Assembly: GCA_964587045.1 (NCBI GenBank)
Contig: CAZPJY010000004.1
Coordinates: 699-64,698, forward strand
From: an uncultured Methanosarcinales archaeon
GTDB taxonomy: Archaea; Nanobdellota; Nanobdellia; Woesearchaeales; CAZPJY01
Length of the DNA: 64,000 nt
Direction of reading: 5' to 3'
A program made the position numbers and the translations under genes. Below, piece by piece: positions 1 to 9,544 of the stretch. Positions within the stretch are counted from its first letter, which is position 1, and each line of letters opens with the position of its first letter. The notes under the pieces are model-generated. The model ran no database searches, had not been told where the DNA came from, and worked only from the letters and a program-made list of their open reading frames with translations.

Positions 1-30
1 AAAGGATGTTGTCAGCAATTACCAGAATAG

Positions 31-1200
31 TTATAAAGTCCCGTCATAGGCATCAAGAGCGTCGTATAAACCCTGATTCAAAAGGCTATTGTCTTTCTTT
101 ATCTTAGAATAAATCTTAGGGCACAGGCTTTTCACCAGAATGCCGACCTTTCCAATCATCGAGTCAAAGAACAGCAATAACTTGAGCGAATCCCTCCAAT
201 CCACAAAGGGAAAAAGGTGTTTTATGAAAAAAAGCCTCTTCTCTAGCTCAACTGTCTTTTCTCTGATTGTACCAATAGGGACTTTCTTGTGATATCTGTA
301 ATACAATCTATAACGCATCAGAGGAAAACTTCCCATTCGTCTTGTGTAGTTGTTCGAAACCTTCATAATCCTTTTACGGCTCCACTCCTTACCTTTTTTC
401 CTTTTTTGCAGATTGATACTATCAGCTTTATTGAGGTTTTTTCTCCATTCATTCATCAAAATCTTATCCTCATCGACATTTTTTGTAAGAATGAAATGAA
501 GAATGATGCACTCAAGTTTCCCAGGTTCAATCCACGCAGAGTTGCATACAAACTTTGGGCACAAGTTGAAAACGATGGGCAACCTCTGGAACTTTAAGAC
601 CAGATTGATGATTCCCTGATCACCATAATGGCTAATAAGCCCATATCTTTTCGAGTACTCAATTAGCCTAGGGAATATATCATCACGTATAGCATCCGAA
701 TTGATGAGCATGACCCCTGTGTTGAACGCAATCCGTTCCATGTTGAAATCACGCTTTAGCCTTCGGAATACTTTTTTATTGACATTCTCGTCAACGGTCT
801 TCAGATGACCAAACTGCGTAGTTAGCGGTATCTCCCAAAAATCCGGGACCGCAGCCACACCTCGCGCCTTAAGTATCGGCTTCAAAGAGCCCCTGACTAT
901 CGTGTCCGCGTCCAAGAACAAAATCTTACGCCACTTCTTGAACTCTTTTGTGAACAGATTGTATTTTGCGCATCTGACTCTCATCTCAGGCCGTATGTTT
1001 TCAATTTCCAGCGGCTCACAGTGATGGATGAGTATTCCACGTTCCGTGAACCAAGAAAGGTTACCTTCCGGTATATCATAAGCCAACAGGAGGTAGTCCC
1101 CTTTCCAGCCACCATGCTGATAGGCACTGGAGAAAACCTGTTTTGCGTAATCCAGGAACTTCTCATCCGCAAGTGTCACAAGCACATCCCTTCTTCCCAT
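31..1200 (-). CDS. Glycosyltransferase family 8-like (nucleotide-diphospho-sugar transferase)
   Basis: DxD-containing region (FLDADTIV) and a GT8-like NTGVMLINS motif. The start is set at the internal ATG at 1198-1200 (residue M43 of the listed ORF) so it abuts the upstream GT2 stop at 1203-1205. Confidence 0.55.
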   Translation of the reverse strand: MGRRDVLVTLADEKFLDYAKQVFSSAYQHGGWKGDYLLLAYDIPEGNLSWFTERGILIHHCEPLEIENIRPEMRVRCAKYNLFTKEFKKWRKILFLDADTIVRGSLKPILKARGVAAVPDFWEIPLTTQFGHLKTVDENVNKKVFRRLKRDFNMERIAFNTGVMLINSDAIRDDIFPRLIEYSKRYGLISHYGDQGIINLVLKFQRLPIVFNLCPKFVCNSAWIEPGKLECIILHFILTKNVDEDKILMNEWRKNLNKADSINLQKRKKGKEWSRKRIMKVSNNYTRRMGSFPLMRYRLYYRYHKKVPIGTIREKTVELEKRLFFIKHLFPFVDWRDSLKLLLFFDSMIGKVGILVKSLCPKIYSKIKKDNSLLNQGLYDALDAYDGTL

Positions 1201-1202
1201 GC

Positions 1203-2108
1203 TCAAATCCTCCCTGCAGGGATGTAGGTTGACCTTTTCGAGCGCGCAATGCTCTCGAGCAAGTACTCTACGATGCCTACCCTCCAAGCAGTAGCTTCGA
1301 CAAGCTCGTAGTGGAACGGATTCCATCCCTGGACTATAAGCAGTACGATTAGTTTTGGGTATACCAGGAAGAAGTTCACCAGGTTGACTGAGCTGACATG
1401 CTCTTCAGGATACTTCCTGAACCATCCCCTGTTGTTGAAATATAGTTTTGCGGCAGAATAGCCTTGGGACCTTTTCCTTGACCACACCTGTGATAGCTGC
1501 TTTGGATGATGATGCACCACCCTGACCTCGGGCAGGTAGCATATCTTGAAATTAGCCTTCTCAAGTCTGATCTTGAGGTCGAAATCTTCGAGGTCTACGA
1601 GCGAACCGTTGAAGCCGCCAACAGAGATGAGAACCTGTTTCCTGATAGCAAAGTTCTTTGTGTCAATGAAGTGTATATACTGGCCATCACCCTTCTGCCT
1701 CTTCATGAAGGTAACATGCTTTTGGTGGGCAATCTTCTCCCACTTGTTCATCTCAGAGTTAATTTCGCCTCCAACGACAATATCTTCTCCTTTATCAAGA
1801 GGCTTGAGCATTTGCGCAATCCATCCTTCCGGCACTTCGCAGTCAGCGTCGGTCATCATGATTATTTCCCCATTCGCTACCCTGACACCCCTGTTCCTCG
1901 CAGCACCTCTCGATGGCTTTGGCTCATACACAATTTTGATTCTTTCATCATCGATCCTCCTCACTAAGTCAGCGGTTTGATCAGAGGATGCGTTGTCCAC
2001 AACAATAATCTCGAGTTGCGGATAGTCCTGGCCGATGACAGCATTCAGGCAGCGTCCAATCACAGAAGCGCCATTTCTTACAGGTATTATTACCGAAACT
2101 AATCTCAT
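1203..2108 (-). CDS. Glycosyltransferase family 2
   Basis: N-terminal VSVIIPVRNGASVIGRCLNAV...IIVVDNASSD and DAD are classic GT2 motifs. Its stop overlaps the GT8 start, indicating an operon. Confidence 0.8.
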   Translation of the reverse strand: MRLVSVIIPVRNGASVIGRCLNAVIGQDYPQLEIIVVDNASSDQTADLVRRIDDERIKIVYEPKPSRGAARNRGVRVANGEIIMMTDADCEVPEGWIAQMLKPLDKGEDIVVGGEINSEMNKWEKIAHQKHVTFMKRQKGDGQYIHFIDTKNFAIRKQVLISVGGFNGSLVDLEDFDLKIRLEKANFKICYLPEVRVVHHHPKQLSQVWSRKRSQGYSAAKLYFNNRGWFRKYPEEHVSSVNLVNFFLVYPKLIVLLIVQGWNPFHYELVEATAWRVGIVEYLLESIARSKRSTYIPAGRI

Positions 2109-3175
2109 TGGATTTCCCGACTAATCCTTTTTATGAATGTAGATACGCTGAAATTTAACGCCTGTCTCTCGCAACTCCTCCGACACGACTTTGTATCCAG
2201 GGATTTGAGTGTCGCACATATTTTATTAGGGGATATATCCTTTATCAGCATCCCTGTCTCGCCGTCAATCACGGATTCTTTGTATCCTCCCTCACATGGG
2301 GCAATGACGGGCTTGCCTGAGGCCATCGCTTCCACCGCGGTCATGCCGAAATCCTCGTCTTTGGCAGTTGTGATGAAACCTTCACACCTGGCATAAAGGC
2401 TTACGAGTTTTTCAAAGCTGACATGGTTCAGGAAATTGACGTTTGAAGGGGCAATCCTCTTGATATAGGATGAATATTCCTTAAAATGCCTCGATTCCTC
2501 ATACGAGCCAACTATTATCAGTTTTTGGTCAGGCATCCTACGGAAGGCCTCCACTTGCATCTCCACTCGCTTGGGCGATACAAGACGGTTCACACTCAGC
2601 CAGTAGCCCCTACTCCTCTCATGATGGAATAAATCGGTTTCGACCGGCGGGTGGATAACCTTTGACTTCCTGCCAAGGAACTTTCTAACCCGTTGTCTCG
2701 TGTTCTCAGAATTGCACACAATTTTTGTGACATGCTTCACATAATCCTTGTTCAGGCGCCGGTTCCATCTCACCCAGACATCAAATACAGGTCTTGCGAT
2801 TGGCGGGACGAGATTATTCCGCGTGTATAAATACAGGTCCCAAATCTCCCGAATTGGGGAATGTACGTACCACATATTAGGCTTGTTGTTGACAGCTCCG
2901 GACACTGCCCAATCACCGCTAATTATGTAGTAATCGTATTCCTTTTCAAGTTTAAGTGTCCTGAAACGCCAAAGCGCCAGCTGCTGCCTGAAAGGAGCAT
3001 TAATTGGTATCCATCCGAGAGTCTTGACTTCCTGAGAAAAACCCATCCTCCTGATCTTCTGAGCGTCAGCTACAGTGGAGAAGACATCAGCCCCAAGCTC
3101 TCTTCCGAGAGTCAAGCTCACCCTCTCTGCTCCCCCAATATTGTCCAAGTAATTGTGAAAGACGGCTATTGGCAT
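2105..3175 (-). CDS. Glycosyltransferase family 4 (group 1)
   Basis: C-terminal EGFGMTAVEAMASGKPVIA motif typical of GT1/GT4 enzymes. Overlaps the GT2 start by 4 nt. Confidence 0.8.
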   Translation of the reverse strand: MPIAVFHNYLDNIGGAERVSLTLGRELGADVFSTVADAQKIRRMGFSQEVKTLGWIPINAPFRQQLALWRFRTLKLEKEYDYYIISGDWAVSGAVNNKPNMWYVHSPIREIWDLYLYTRNNLVPPIARPVFDVWVRWNRRLNKDYVKHVTKIVCNSENTRQRVRKFLGRKSKVIHPPVETDLFHHERSRGYWLSVNRLVSPKRVEMQVEAFRRMPDQKLIIVGSYEESRHFKEYSSYIKRIAPSNVNFLNHVSFEKLVSLYARCEGFITTAKDEDFGMTAVEAMASGKPVIAPCEGGYKESVIDGETGMLIKDISPNKICATLKSLDTKSCRRSCERQALNFSVSTFIKRISREIQ

Positions 3176-3204
3176 GAAACACCCCCATGCCCCACACTTG
3201 AACA

Positions 3205-3250
3205 GGATATTTATAAATTTCGCTTATTCGCGTAATTTTTATATAACAGG
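3205..3250. promoter_or_regulatory. AT-rich divergent promoter region with TATA-like boxes (tttataaattt and ttttatata)
   Basis: The ttttatata box ends about 26 nt upstream of the asnS ATG at 3271. A second TATA-like box faces the minus-strand GT4 gene. Confidence 0.4.
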
Positions 3251-3270
3251 CTCACAACCCTGATGTTCCT

Positions 3271-4572
3271 ATGGGAATATACATGCAAATAAATGATGCC
3301 ATCAAGAAGGGCACTGGTAAAGACGTCGCCATCCGCGGTTGGGTTTGGCGCGAGCGCGGCTCGAACAAGCTGCGCTTCATCACGGTGCGCGACTCGACGA
3401 ATGTCATCCAGTGCGTGGTCGTAAAAGACGAGGTTTCGCCCGAAGTGTGGGAGACCGCACAGAAGACGCCCATCGAGACCTCGCTGAAGGTCACGGGCAC
3501 TCTCCGCGAGGACAAGCGCGCGCCGACTGGCTTCGAGATCGGCGTGAAGGCTATAGAAATCGTGGGCGAGAGTGACACTTATCCCATCACCAAGGACCAG
3601 AGTCCAGAGTTCCTGCTGGACAAGAGGCACCTGTGGATCAGGAGCAGGAAGCTCACAGCGGTAATGAAGGTCAGGAGCACAGTCACCGGCGCAATCCACG
3701 AGTTCTTCAGGAGCAGGGGATATTACGAGTTCACTCCCCCCATATTCACGCCGAACGCCTGTGAGGGCGGCTCGACCCTGTTTGAGGTGAAGTACTTCAA
3801 CGAAAAGATTTACCTCACACAGAGCTGGCAGCTGTACGCTGAAGCCGCCATATTCGCGCTCGAGAAGATCTATGACGTCTCACCCACATTCAGGGCAGAG
3901 AAATCTAAGACCTCTAGGCACCTCACGGAGTTCTGGATGGCTGAGATGGAGGCCGCATGGATGGACCTCAAGGAGGTCACGGAAGTGGCCAAGGAGGAGA
4001 TCAGGTTCATCATCAGGAAGGTGCTCGAGAAGAACGAGGCCGAACTTCGGTTCCTTGGACAGGATGTCGAGAAGCTAAAGCTGGTAGCAGAGAAGGACTT
4101 CCCGACCATAACCTACACTGAAGCTCTGAAAATCCTCAAGGAGAAGTCCAAGATGGATGTGGAGTGGGGCAAGGACCTGAGAACCGTCGAGGAGGACAAG
4201 CTGATGGAGCACTTCGATACGCCTGTCGTCGTGGTTGAGTACCCAAAGGAGGTCATGGCTTTCTACAAGCCCGCAGACCCAAAAGACCCAAAGACCGCGC
4301 TCTGCTTCGACATGATCGCGCCTGAGGGCTACGGCGAGATTATCGGCGGCTCACAGAGGGATACGGACCTCAAAGCGCTGATGGATGGCTTAAAGAAGGA
4401 GGGTGAGCCTATCGAGAACTACGACTGGTACCTTGACCTGAGGAGGTACGGCTCTGTTCCCCATTCAGGCTACGGGCTGGGAGTGGAGAGGGTTGTGTCG
4501 TGGCTTTGCAAGCTTGACAACATCAAGGATGCGATACCGTTCCCCAGGACCATGCTGAGGAAATCCCCATGA
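3271..4572 (+). CDS. asnS: Class IIb aminoacyl-tRNA synthetase, most consistent with asparaginyl-tRNA synthetase (archaeal AspRS not excluded)
   Basis: Motif 2 FRAEKSKTSRHLTEFWMAEME matches the AsnRS-like EFWMxExE pattern. Motif 3 GGSQRD...GYGLGVERVVSWL...IPFPR is also present. The N-terminal OB anticodon-binding domain is recognisable. Confidence 0.6.
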   Translation: MGIYMQINDAIKKGTGKDVAIRGWVWRERGSNKLRFITVRDSTNVIQCVVVKDEVSPEVWETAQKTPIETSLKVTGTLREDKRAPTGFEIGVKAIEIVGESDTYPITKDQSPEFLLDKRHLWIRSRKLTAVMKVRSTVTGAIHEFFRSRGYYEFTPPIFTPNACEGGSTLFEVKYFNEKIYLTQSWQLYAEAAIFALEKIYDVSPTFRAEKSKTSRHLTEFWMAEMEAAWMDLKEVTEVAKEEIRFIIRKVLEKNEAELRFLGQDVEKLKLVAEKDFPTITYTEALKILKEKSKMDVEWGKDLRTVEEDKLMEHFDTPVVVVEYPKEVMAFYKPADPKDPKTALCFDMIAPEGYGEIIGGSQRDTDLKALMDGLKKEGEPIENYDWYLDLRRYGSVPHSGYGLGVERVVSWLCKLDNIKDAIPFPRTMLRKSP

Positions 4573-5501
4573 GGCTTATGCAAAACCCTTCGAAGGAGGC
4601 GCGTATGCATACCGCCGAACACATCCTCTTCAGGGCTCTCCAGCTCCAGGATGAGCAGGTCAAGCTGGACAAGATCAAGCTGGGAGAAGACGAGAGCTCC
4701 TTTTACATATCATCTGAAAATCTCGACTGGGAAAAGGTCCTCAAGGCTGAGGAACAGGCAAACAGGATAGTGGACGAGAAGAGGAAAGTGTCTGAAGAGC
4801 AGGTCCCGAAAGCCGAAGCGGCGAAGATGAAAGAGCTTCGCATAAAGCTCGAGAGGATAAAGGAAAACACGGTGCGCGTGATAAGGATTGAGGATTACGA
4901 CCTCTCAGCCTGCTCCGGCGACCACTGCGCAAGCACAGGACTGGTCGGCAACATCTTGGTCACGAGGTTCAACTCGATGGGCGGCGGCAGGTACCAGGTC
5001 AGGTACAAGATCGGCGCGCTGAGCGACCTGTACGAGATGGCCGGGGTTGCGAGGCTGGCTTCGGAGGCTCTCGGCACGGAGATGGGGCATGTCACCAAGG
5101 CCCTTCGCAACCTAATAAGTGACGAGGAGAACTACAGGAACAGGTACAGGGAGCTCTCAAAGGATGCCATAAAGGAGGTCAACAGGGAAAAGGTAGGCAC
5201 GGTGGACCTCATACACAGCGTCTATGAAGATCTGGAGCACAAGCAGCTCGTCGAGAGCGCCGGACAGCACGCATCGGACTCAACGGTGGTATGCTTCTTC
5301 AACAAGAAGCGGGACCAGGCACAAGTCATTATCAGCACCAAGCATCCAAAACTGCGGGCAGACGAGCTCCTGAAGATAGTCTTCGAGCTAGGCGGCAAAG
5401 GCGGCGGCAGGGAGAACTTCGCGATGGGGAGCGTGGGACTAGACCATATTGAGACGGTCCTATCTGAGATCAAGCGCATCATCAGCGAGACTATCCGTTG
5501 A
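4569..5501 (+). CDS. alaX: AlaX-M type alanyl-tRNA editing protein (AlaRS editing domain plus DHHA1 domain)
   Basis: Zn-binding motifs HTAEH and CSGDHC, plus a C-terminal GGKGGGR DHHA1-like motif. The start overlaps the asnS stop (ATGA). Confidence 0.65.
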   Translation: MRLMQNPSKEARMHTAEHILFRALQLQDEQVKLDKIKLGEDESSFYISSENLDWEKVLKAEEQANRIVDEKRKVSEEQVPKAEAAKMKELRIKLERIKENTVRVIRIEDYDLSACSGDHCASTGLVGNILVTRFNSMGGGRYQVRYKIGALSDLYEMAGVARLASEALGTEMGHVTKALRNLISDEENYRNRYRELSKDAIKEVNREKVGTVDLIHSVYEDLEHKQLVESAGQHASDSTVVCFFNKKRDQAQVIISTKHPKLRADELLKIVFELGGKGGGRENFAMGSVGLDHIETVLSEIKRIISETIR

Positions 5502-6306
5502 GGTATGAGAATATAGGATCCTCCATCTTCACAAGGCTTTCTATGGTGGCCTTGAATCTCTTGACATCATCGCCGAAGTATAATGCCCTGATCTCAGTCC
5601 CCTTCTCCGCAACTCCCATCATAATGCTCATGAAGCTGATGGGGTTCATGACTGTGTTGCCCTTCAGGAGCCGTGCCTCGTCTATCTCATACCCTGAAAA
5701 AGCCTTGACGACGTGAGCTATGGGCCTCATGTGCAGTCCGTCCTTGTGTGTGACTATGAGGTCTATTGCCGCGTTGGCTTTCTTCATGAGCATTTCAGCT
5801 TCGTAATCGTAGTTTTGGTATTCGATAACCTCACCCAGGTTGCTTGCCATCTCGTCTAGGACCTTCTTTACCTTGTGGTGGCCTTTTGGGTTCTTAGCAT
5901 ATAGCTTCAATAGCTCATGCTTGGTGAAAGGCCCTGCGGCCTCCCATTGGCTGGGGCTGCGGGGATCAAAAGCGAACCTGTTTGAAAGTCCCACAAGGTC
6001 TATCTCGGGATACTTGTCAGCAATCCCAGCCATTATGTGGTACTCCACCTCCTCAAGGTTGTGGTTCAGAATCACATCCATCTGAGAATAGTCATGCAGT
6101 ATCACTTCGAGAACGTCACCAATCTTTTGGGTCGGTATAGTCCGCCTGCAGTGTTCACAGTTACTTATCGCTTCAGAGCAGTCGTGCCCCTTGTCAATGA
6201 GGCTGGTGAAGACATCGACTAGTTCGGGACTCTCCTGCATCAGTTTTCGAGCGTTTGCCTTGATGCGTTCGTCAGTAATCCTAAGCTTTTTGAATAGCTC
6301 TTCCAT
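5491..6306 (-). CDS. Fusion protein: N-terminal domain of unknown function (about 185 aa, CxxC...CxxC) plus C-terminal HPr-like phosphocarrier domain
   Basis: The C-terminal about 85 aa align to HPr: GLHMRPIAHVVKAF versus the GLHxRPAAxFVK active-site His15 region; ISFMSIMMG versus the KSIMG Ser46 region; and a terminal ...LVKM. Confidence 0.55.
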   Translation of the reverse strand: MEELFKKLRITDERIKANARKLMQESPELVDVFTSLIDKGHDCSEAISNCEHCRRTIPTQKIGDVLEVILHDYSQMDVILNHNLEEVEYHIMAGIADKYPEIDLVGLSNRFAFDPRSPSQWEAAGPFTKHELLKLYAKNPKGHHKVKKVLDEMASNLGEVIEYQNYDYEAEMLMKKANAAIDLIVTHKDGLHMRPIAHVVKAFSGYEIDEARLLKGNTVMNPISFMSIMMGVAEKGTEIRALYFGDDVKRFKATIESLVKMEDPIFSYLNG

Positions 6307-6354
6307 TGTGATTCCGCCTATAAAACCTTAAATATTTAAGGGTTTCTTACGATC

Positions 6355-6906
6355 GTGATGATATATATCTTCGATCTTGACAACACACTGCTTGACAGCC
6401 GCACAAACGCTCTAGTCTACGCTAAAGTTATCGAGAACCTGGTATCCAAGGGTTACGACCCCTTGATGATCAATGAGGAAGTGAAAATAATAAAGGCCGA
6501 GACACTCGGAGAAGGACGGGCATGTGCTTCTGCTCTGTGTGGGAGGCTTGAGTGTCCCAGCCTTTATTTATTTGTGTTGGGTAGTGTAGTGGGGGAGCGT
6601 GATAGCGTGACAAAGCTTTTTGACACCTTCCGCGAGATGCGTCGGGAGGTGGGCATCGTCAGCTCTCTTGACAGGAGGACGCTTGGGTTCCTCCTGCAGC
6701 GCTATGGCATCAAACCCGGATGGGTTTTTTGTGGGGGCGATAAGACCAGCGTCCAGTTCTGGCATTCCCTGAAGGAAAACCATGGTTTGGAACCCAAAAG
6801 CTGCCGGGTTGTCAGCGACGAGGCGCTTGAGGCCCCTCGGCAGCTGGGTTTCCGGACGCTGCGTGTGGAGGCGCCGATCGACTACCGGCACCTCAAACTT
6901 ATGTAG
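6355..6906 (+). CDS. HAD-superfamily hydrolase
   Basis: Motif I IFDLDNTLLD (DxDxT) at the N-terminus; small HAD-like size. Confidence 0.65.
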   Translation: MMIYIFDLDNTLLDSRTNALVYAKVIENLVSKGYDPLMINEEVKIIKAETLGEGRACASALCGRLECPSLYLFVLGSVVGERDSVTKLFDTFREMRREVGIVSSLDRRTLGFLLQRYGIKPGWVFCGGDKTSVQFWHSLKENHGLEPKSCRVVSDEALEAPRQLGFRTLRVEAPIDYRHLKLM

Positions 6907-6930
6907 TGAGGGAGGCTTTTTTTATTTGAT
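6907..6930 (+). terminator. Oligo-T stretch (gggaggcttttttta) right after the HAD gene stop
   Basis: A T7 run immediately downstream of the stop codon. Archaeal termination uses oligo-T tracts. Confidence 0.3.
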
Positions 6931-7048
6931 GTTTAATGGTAGGGGCCCCATTTATTAATAGGCTGTGAAAGCGTTATTTAGAAGCGCCTTTCATAAGGTT
7001 TAAAAACCCTTTTCATAAGTAATTTAAAAGTGCGATGTTTCCCTGACT

Positions 7049-7750
7049 GTGATGGTACAGTTCATAGCAGCCCCGCAATGGTTCTATGGCACAGATCTGT
7101 TACTGGACCTGTTCAGCCTGCTTATCGTGTTCTTTGTAGGCCTTTTGGCGTTTAGGTTCTACCGCTTCTCAAGGAGCCCGAACTACCTCGCACTGAGCGT
7201 TTCCTTCTTCCTCATATCCGCCTCATTTCTCGCAAAGATCGCAACCTACATCCCTTATTATTACCATATCTTCAGGACCGTGCAGGTGGGCGCTAATATA
7301 CTGACATACCAGGTCTCGACCGCCACCGACCTCCTGTACCCTATTGGGTACTTCCTATTCCACCTCCTGATGCTGGTTGGGCTTTACTACCTCTTCGTCA
7401 CCTTGGAGAAGAGGGAGCTGAGCGCAACCGATCTGATTGTCCTCTATTTGATACTCATGCTCACGTTCCTTGCTAACGCCACTTACTACGTCTTCCACCT
7501 GACTGCTCTCATCATGCTCGCGCTCATCAGCTGGAGGTTCAACATCCTGTACAGGCGGACAGGCAACAGGAACACCATCTTCCTAATCATAACATTCGTG
7601 ATACTCACCTTATCGCAGCTTTGTTTCGTCCTTTCGAATTACACGCTCTATGTGGTGGCTGAGTTCCTGCAAATCGTAGGGTACATTTTCCTGCTTATTG
7701 TGTTGGTGCTAACTTATGGCAAAAAAAAGGGGAAGAATAGACATAATTAA
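7049..7750 (+). CDS. Polytopic membrane protein (6-7 predicted TM helices), function unknown
   Basis: Strongly hydrophobic segments throughout, with a C-terminal KKKGKNRHN tail. Confidence 0.45.
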   Translation: MMVQFIAAPQWFYGTDLLLDLFSLLIVFFVGLLAFRFYRFSRSPNYLALSVSFFLISASFLAKIATYIPYYYHIFRTVQVGANILTYQVSTATDLLYPIGYFLFHLLMLVGLYYLFVTLEKRELSATDLIVLYLILMLTFLANATYYVFHLTALIMLALISWRFNILYRRTGNRNTIFLIITFVILTLSQLCFVLSNYTLYVVAEFLQIVGYIFLLIVLVLTYGKKKGKNRHN

Positions 7751-7754
7751 TGAC

Positions 7755-7988
7755 ATGCTCACTTCGATCATGAACAAGGGGGGCAAAATCAAGCCGACCC
7801 ACCTGATGTACAAGGCAAACCTATCGCATACCCTCATGAAGTCCTACCTAGAGGAGCTAGTCGAAAAAGAGCTGATAAACGAGGTCAAGAACAAGAACTA
7901 CACCTATTTCATTCTGACCGACAGGGGACATGAGTTCATCGAGAAATTCCGGCAGATGAAGGAGTTCGAGAAGACCTTTGGACTTTGA
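7755..7988 (+). CDS. Small winged-helix DNA-binding protein
   Basis: About 77 aa with a predicted HTH ([28 protein letters not shown]). The start is set at the ATG at 7755 just after the upstream stop. The listed ORF allows an alternative start at 7716. Confidence 0.4.
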   Translation: MLTSIMNKGGKIKPTHLMYKANLSHTLMKSYLEELVEKELINEVKNKNYTYFILTDRGHEFIEKFRQMKEFEKTFGL

Positions 7989-8032
7989 TTTCAACATAAT
8001 AATTTTAAACATTCTTGTAATACATCCTGGAG

Positions 8033-8443
8033 GTGAATAAAATGAAAGGAAAGCTTTCAGATTTATTAACGGATGCCGTTCTTGAGACATTGCCCGTCGA
8101 TATCAGCATCATAGATGAAAACGACAAGGTCATCGCATGGAACAGGCATGAGTACAGGCTTTTCCACCGGCCGATGCAGGCACTGGGCCGTGATGTGAGG
8201 GATTGCCATCCCAAGAAGAGCGTGCATCTCGTCGAGCGCATCCTTGAGGATTTCAAGAGCGGCAAGAAAGACATGGCGAGATTCTACATCAACATGAATC
8301 TTAATGAGGGCGAATCTCATAAGGTCCTGATCGATTACTTCGCCCTGCGTGGACCCCAAGGCAAGTACCTCGGATGCATGGAGGTGAGCCAGGATGTTTT
8401 TGACATCATGAACCTCCACGGCGAGAAGCGGCTTTTTGAGTAG
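8033..8443 (+). CDS. Stand-alone PAS-like sensor domain protein (PAS_10/DUF438-associated type)
   Basis: LETLPVDISIIDENDKVIAWNR...GRDVRDCHPKKSVHLVERILEDFKSGKKD matches the PAS fold signature, including a conserved CHP. GTG start. Confidence 0.5.
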   Translation: MNKMKGKLSDLLTDAVLETLPVDISIIDENDKVIAWNRHEYRLFHRPMQALGRDVRDCHPKKSVHLVERILEDFKSGKKDMARFYINMNLNEGESHKVLIDYFALRGPQGKYLGCMEVSQDVFDIMNLHGEKRLFE

Positions 8444-8472
8444 GGATTTTGGCTGAATTTTAAGATAAAGCG
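8411..8472 (+). repeat. Direct repeat copy 1 (about 60 bp), covering the last codons and stop of the PAS gene plus 30 bp downstream
   Basis: aacctccacggcgagaagcggctttttgagtagggattttggctgaattttaagataaagcg matches 10295-10355 with 3-5 mismatches. Confidence 0.85.
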
Positions 8473-8503
8473 GCTTTGCACAAATATTCGAAAATTAATA
8501 TAC

Positions 8504-9466
8504 TTAGAAGGGGAAGTAATCGTATTTGTAGGTCTCGGTAATCCTGAGGATGTCGAAGTCGCGGATGATGGTAGAAAATTTTTTTCTGATATCAGCAAGT
8601 ATTGTGTAGAGTTCATCCTCATTTTCGGCCTCTACCTCTATTTCCAAATCCCAGGAGCCAATGAGCTTCAGGAATTGCGTGGCTTTTCTATGCTGGTCTA
8701 GGTAGGCTTTCAAAGCGCTCTCTGACTGGTCGTCGAAGTTCTTGGTCCTGAGAATGATCTTGTAATGATTAATACCGACGTTTTGAAGGTTAAGGTAACA
8801 GCGGTACTGGACGATGATTCTATCTTTGACGAGTTTTTTGAGGCGGTAGGTGACGACGTCCCTTGTGAGATTTGTTTTTTTGGAGAGATCGACGATGCTA
8901 ATACGGGCGTCAGTTGAGAGGATTCTGAGGATTTCCCGGTCAGTGTCATCTAATGAGTAGCGTGTGGCAGGCTTGCCGTATGTGAAGGGTGCAGAAGGGG
9001 TGTCAGTCAAGTATTTTCTGGCGAAGACGGGAGAGTACTCGGTTAAAAGGACATCCTTCTCGAGGATGAATCGTGCATAGAGCTTCATGAACTTGCTGAG
9101 CGATTGTCCGAAATCAAAGTTCGAGGTGGTGAGCAGGGAGACAGCCAAGTCCCACTTGCCGCGGATCTGGGCGACCCATACTGCGGCGTGGTCGTTTATC
9201 CAGTAATCGACGATGTTTTTCTCATCTTCGAGGGTGGTGTCCTGGAACTTGAAGTAGATCTTGTATTGTGAGTAGCCGAGCCTGGTGAAATCGATGATGG
9301 TGTAGTATTCGAAGATGATTTTGTTCTTATGAAGACGTTTGAGCCGGTATTCGACCGCGGGCTTGCTGAGGCCGACCCTCTTTGCGATCTGGGTGTTGGA
9401 GAGCCTTGCATTCTGGTCCAAGAGGGAGAGGATTTTCTTGTCCTTGAGGTCAAGTCTATGGAGCAT
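8504..9466 (-). CDS. Lrp/AsnC-family transcriptional regulator with two tandem HTH-AsnC plus RAM modules
   Basis: Two repeats of the pattern DxxDxKILxxLxxxARxSxxxIAKxxGLSxxxVxxRLKxL, each followed by a ligand-binding RAM-like region. 320 aa. Confidence 0.75.
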   Translation of the reverse strand: MLHRLDLKDKKILSLLDQNARLSNTQIAKRVGLSKPAVEYRLKRLHKNKIIFEYYTIIDFTRLGYSQYKIYFKFQDTTLEDEKNIVDYWINDHAAVWVAQIRGKWDLAVSLLTTSNFDFGQSLSKFMKLYARFILEKDVLLTEYSPVFARKYLTDTPSAPFTYGKPATRYSLDDTDREILRILSTDARISIVDLSKKTNLTRDVVTYRLKKLVKDRIIVQYRCYLNLQNVGINHYKIILRTKNFDDQSESALKAYLDQHRKATQFLKLIGSWDLEIEVEAENEDELYTILADIRKKFSTIIRDFDILRITETYKYDYFPF

Positions 9467-9544
9467 TTAATTTATAATGTGTTTATATTATAAAAATTTT
9501 ACTTAAGAATAATAAAATAATGAAGAAAGTATTAATTATATGTT

